Below, one piece after another: positions 63,837-64,000 of a stretch of 64,000 bases of DNA (position 1 is its first letter; the number at the start of each line of letters is the position of its first letter). A program made the position numbers and the translations under genes. Source of the stretch: Mytilus edulis (Eukaryota); contig NC_092355.1 in the NCBI RefSeq assembly GCF_963676685.1, forward strand, positions 44,826,001 through 44,890,000. The letters run 5' to 3'. The notes beneath the pieces are model-generated. The model made no database searches, was not told the DNA's origin, and saw only the letters and a list, made by a program, of their open reading frames with translations.

Positions 63837-64000
63837 CTGTAACAAAGGAAATCATCTTAATACGTTTTGGCTAATCAAAACTCCTTTACTTTTTTGCTTC
63901 TTTTTTTTTTAGAAATCAGTCTCTTAATCTTTGGTAACATTTATATAACTGAGATACCTATCGATTTCTTTTATTGACATTATTAATCCACAATGTATTC

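Overview
AT-rich, intron-rich animal DNA, most likely a bivalve of the Mytilus type (inferred from its repeat families). It has two N-gaps (11732-11969, 13928-14027). Manual GT-AG and codon-phase splicing gives three protein-coding genes. (1) The 3' part of a non-classical cadherin (+, 858-9540, 9 exons) with a Thr/Gly/Asn stalk, a TM helix and a Cys-rich tail built partly from micro-exons. (2) A complete 8-exon, 500-aa clan-2 cytochrome P450 (+, 29513-48890) with all signature motifs. (3) The 3' part of a divergent cadherin-like gene (-, 63836-58269, 7 exons) that ends almost immediately after its hydrophobic segment; the ORF track largely misses it. The rest is a dense, often nested mobilome: a decayed Gypsy, two LINE remnants, SINEs, Helentron-type elements, minisatellites, and many TIR elements with readable TSDs (IS3EU-, P-, hAT-, Harbinger-, Zator-, Kolobok- and Tc1-like). 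The most notable non-coding signals are an intact minimal hammerhead ribozyme core (11426-11469) in a dispersed retrozyme/Penelope-type repeat, a 3.7-kb fold-back element with ~0.9-kb arms in CYP intron 1, and a five-fold tandem copy of a CYP splice donor. Family assignments come from termini, TSDs and motifs recalled from knowledge, not from database searches.
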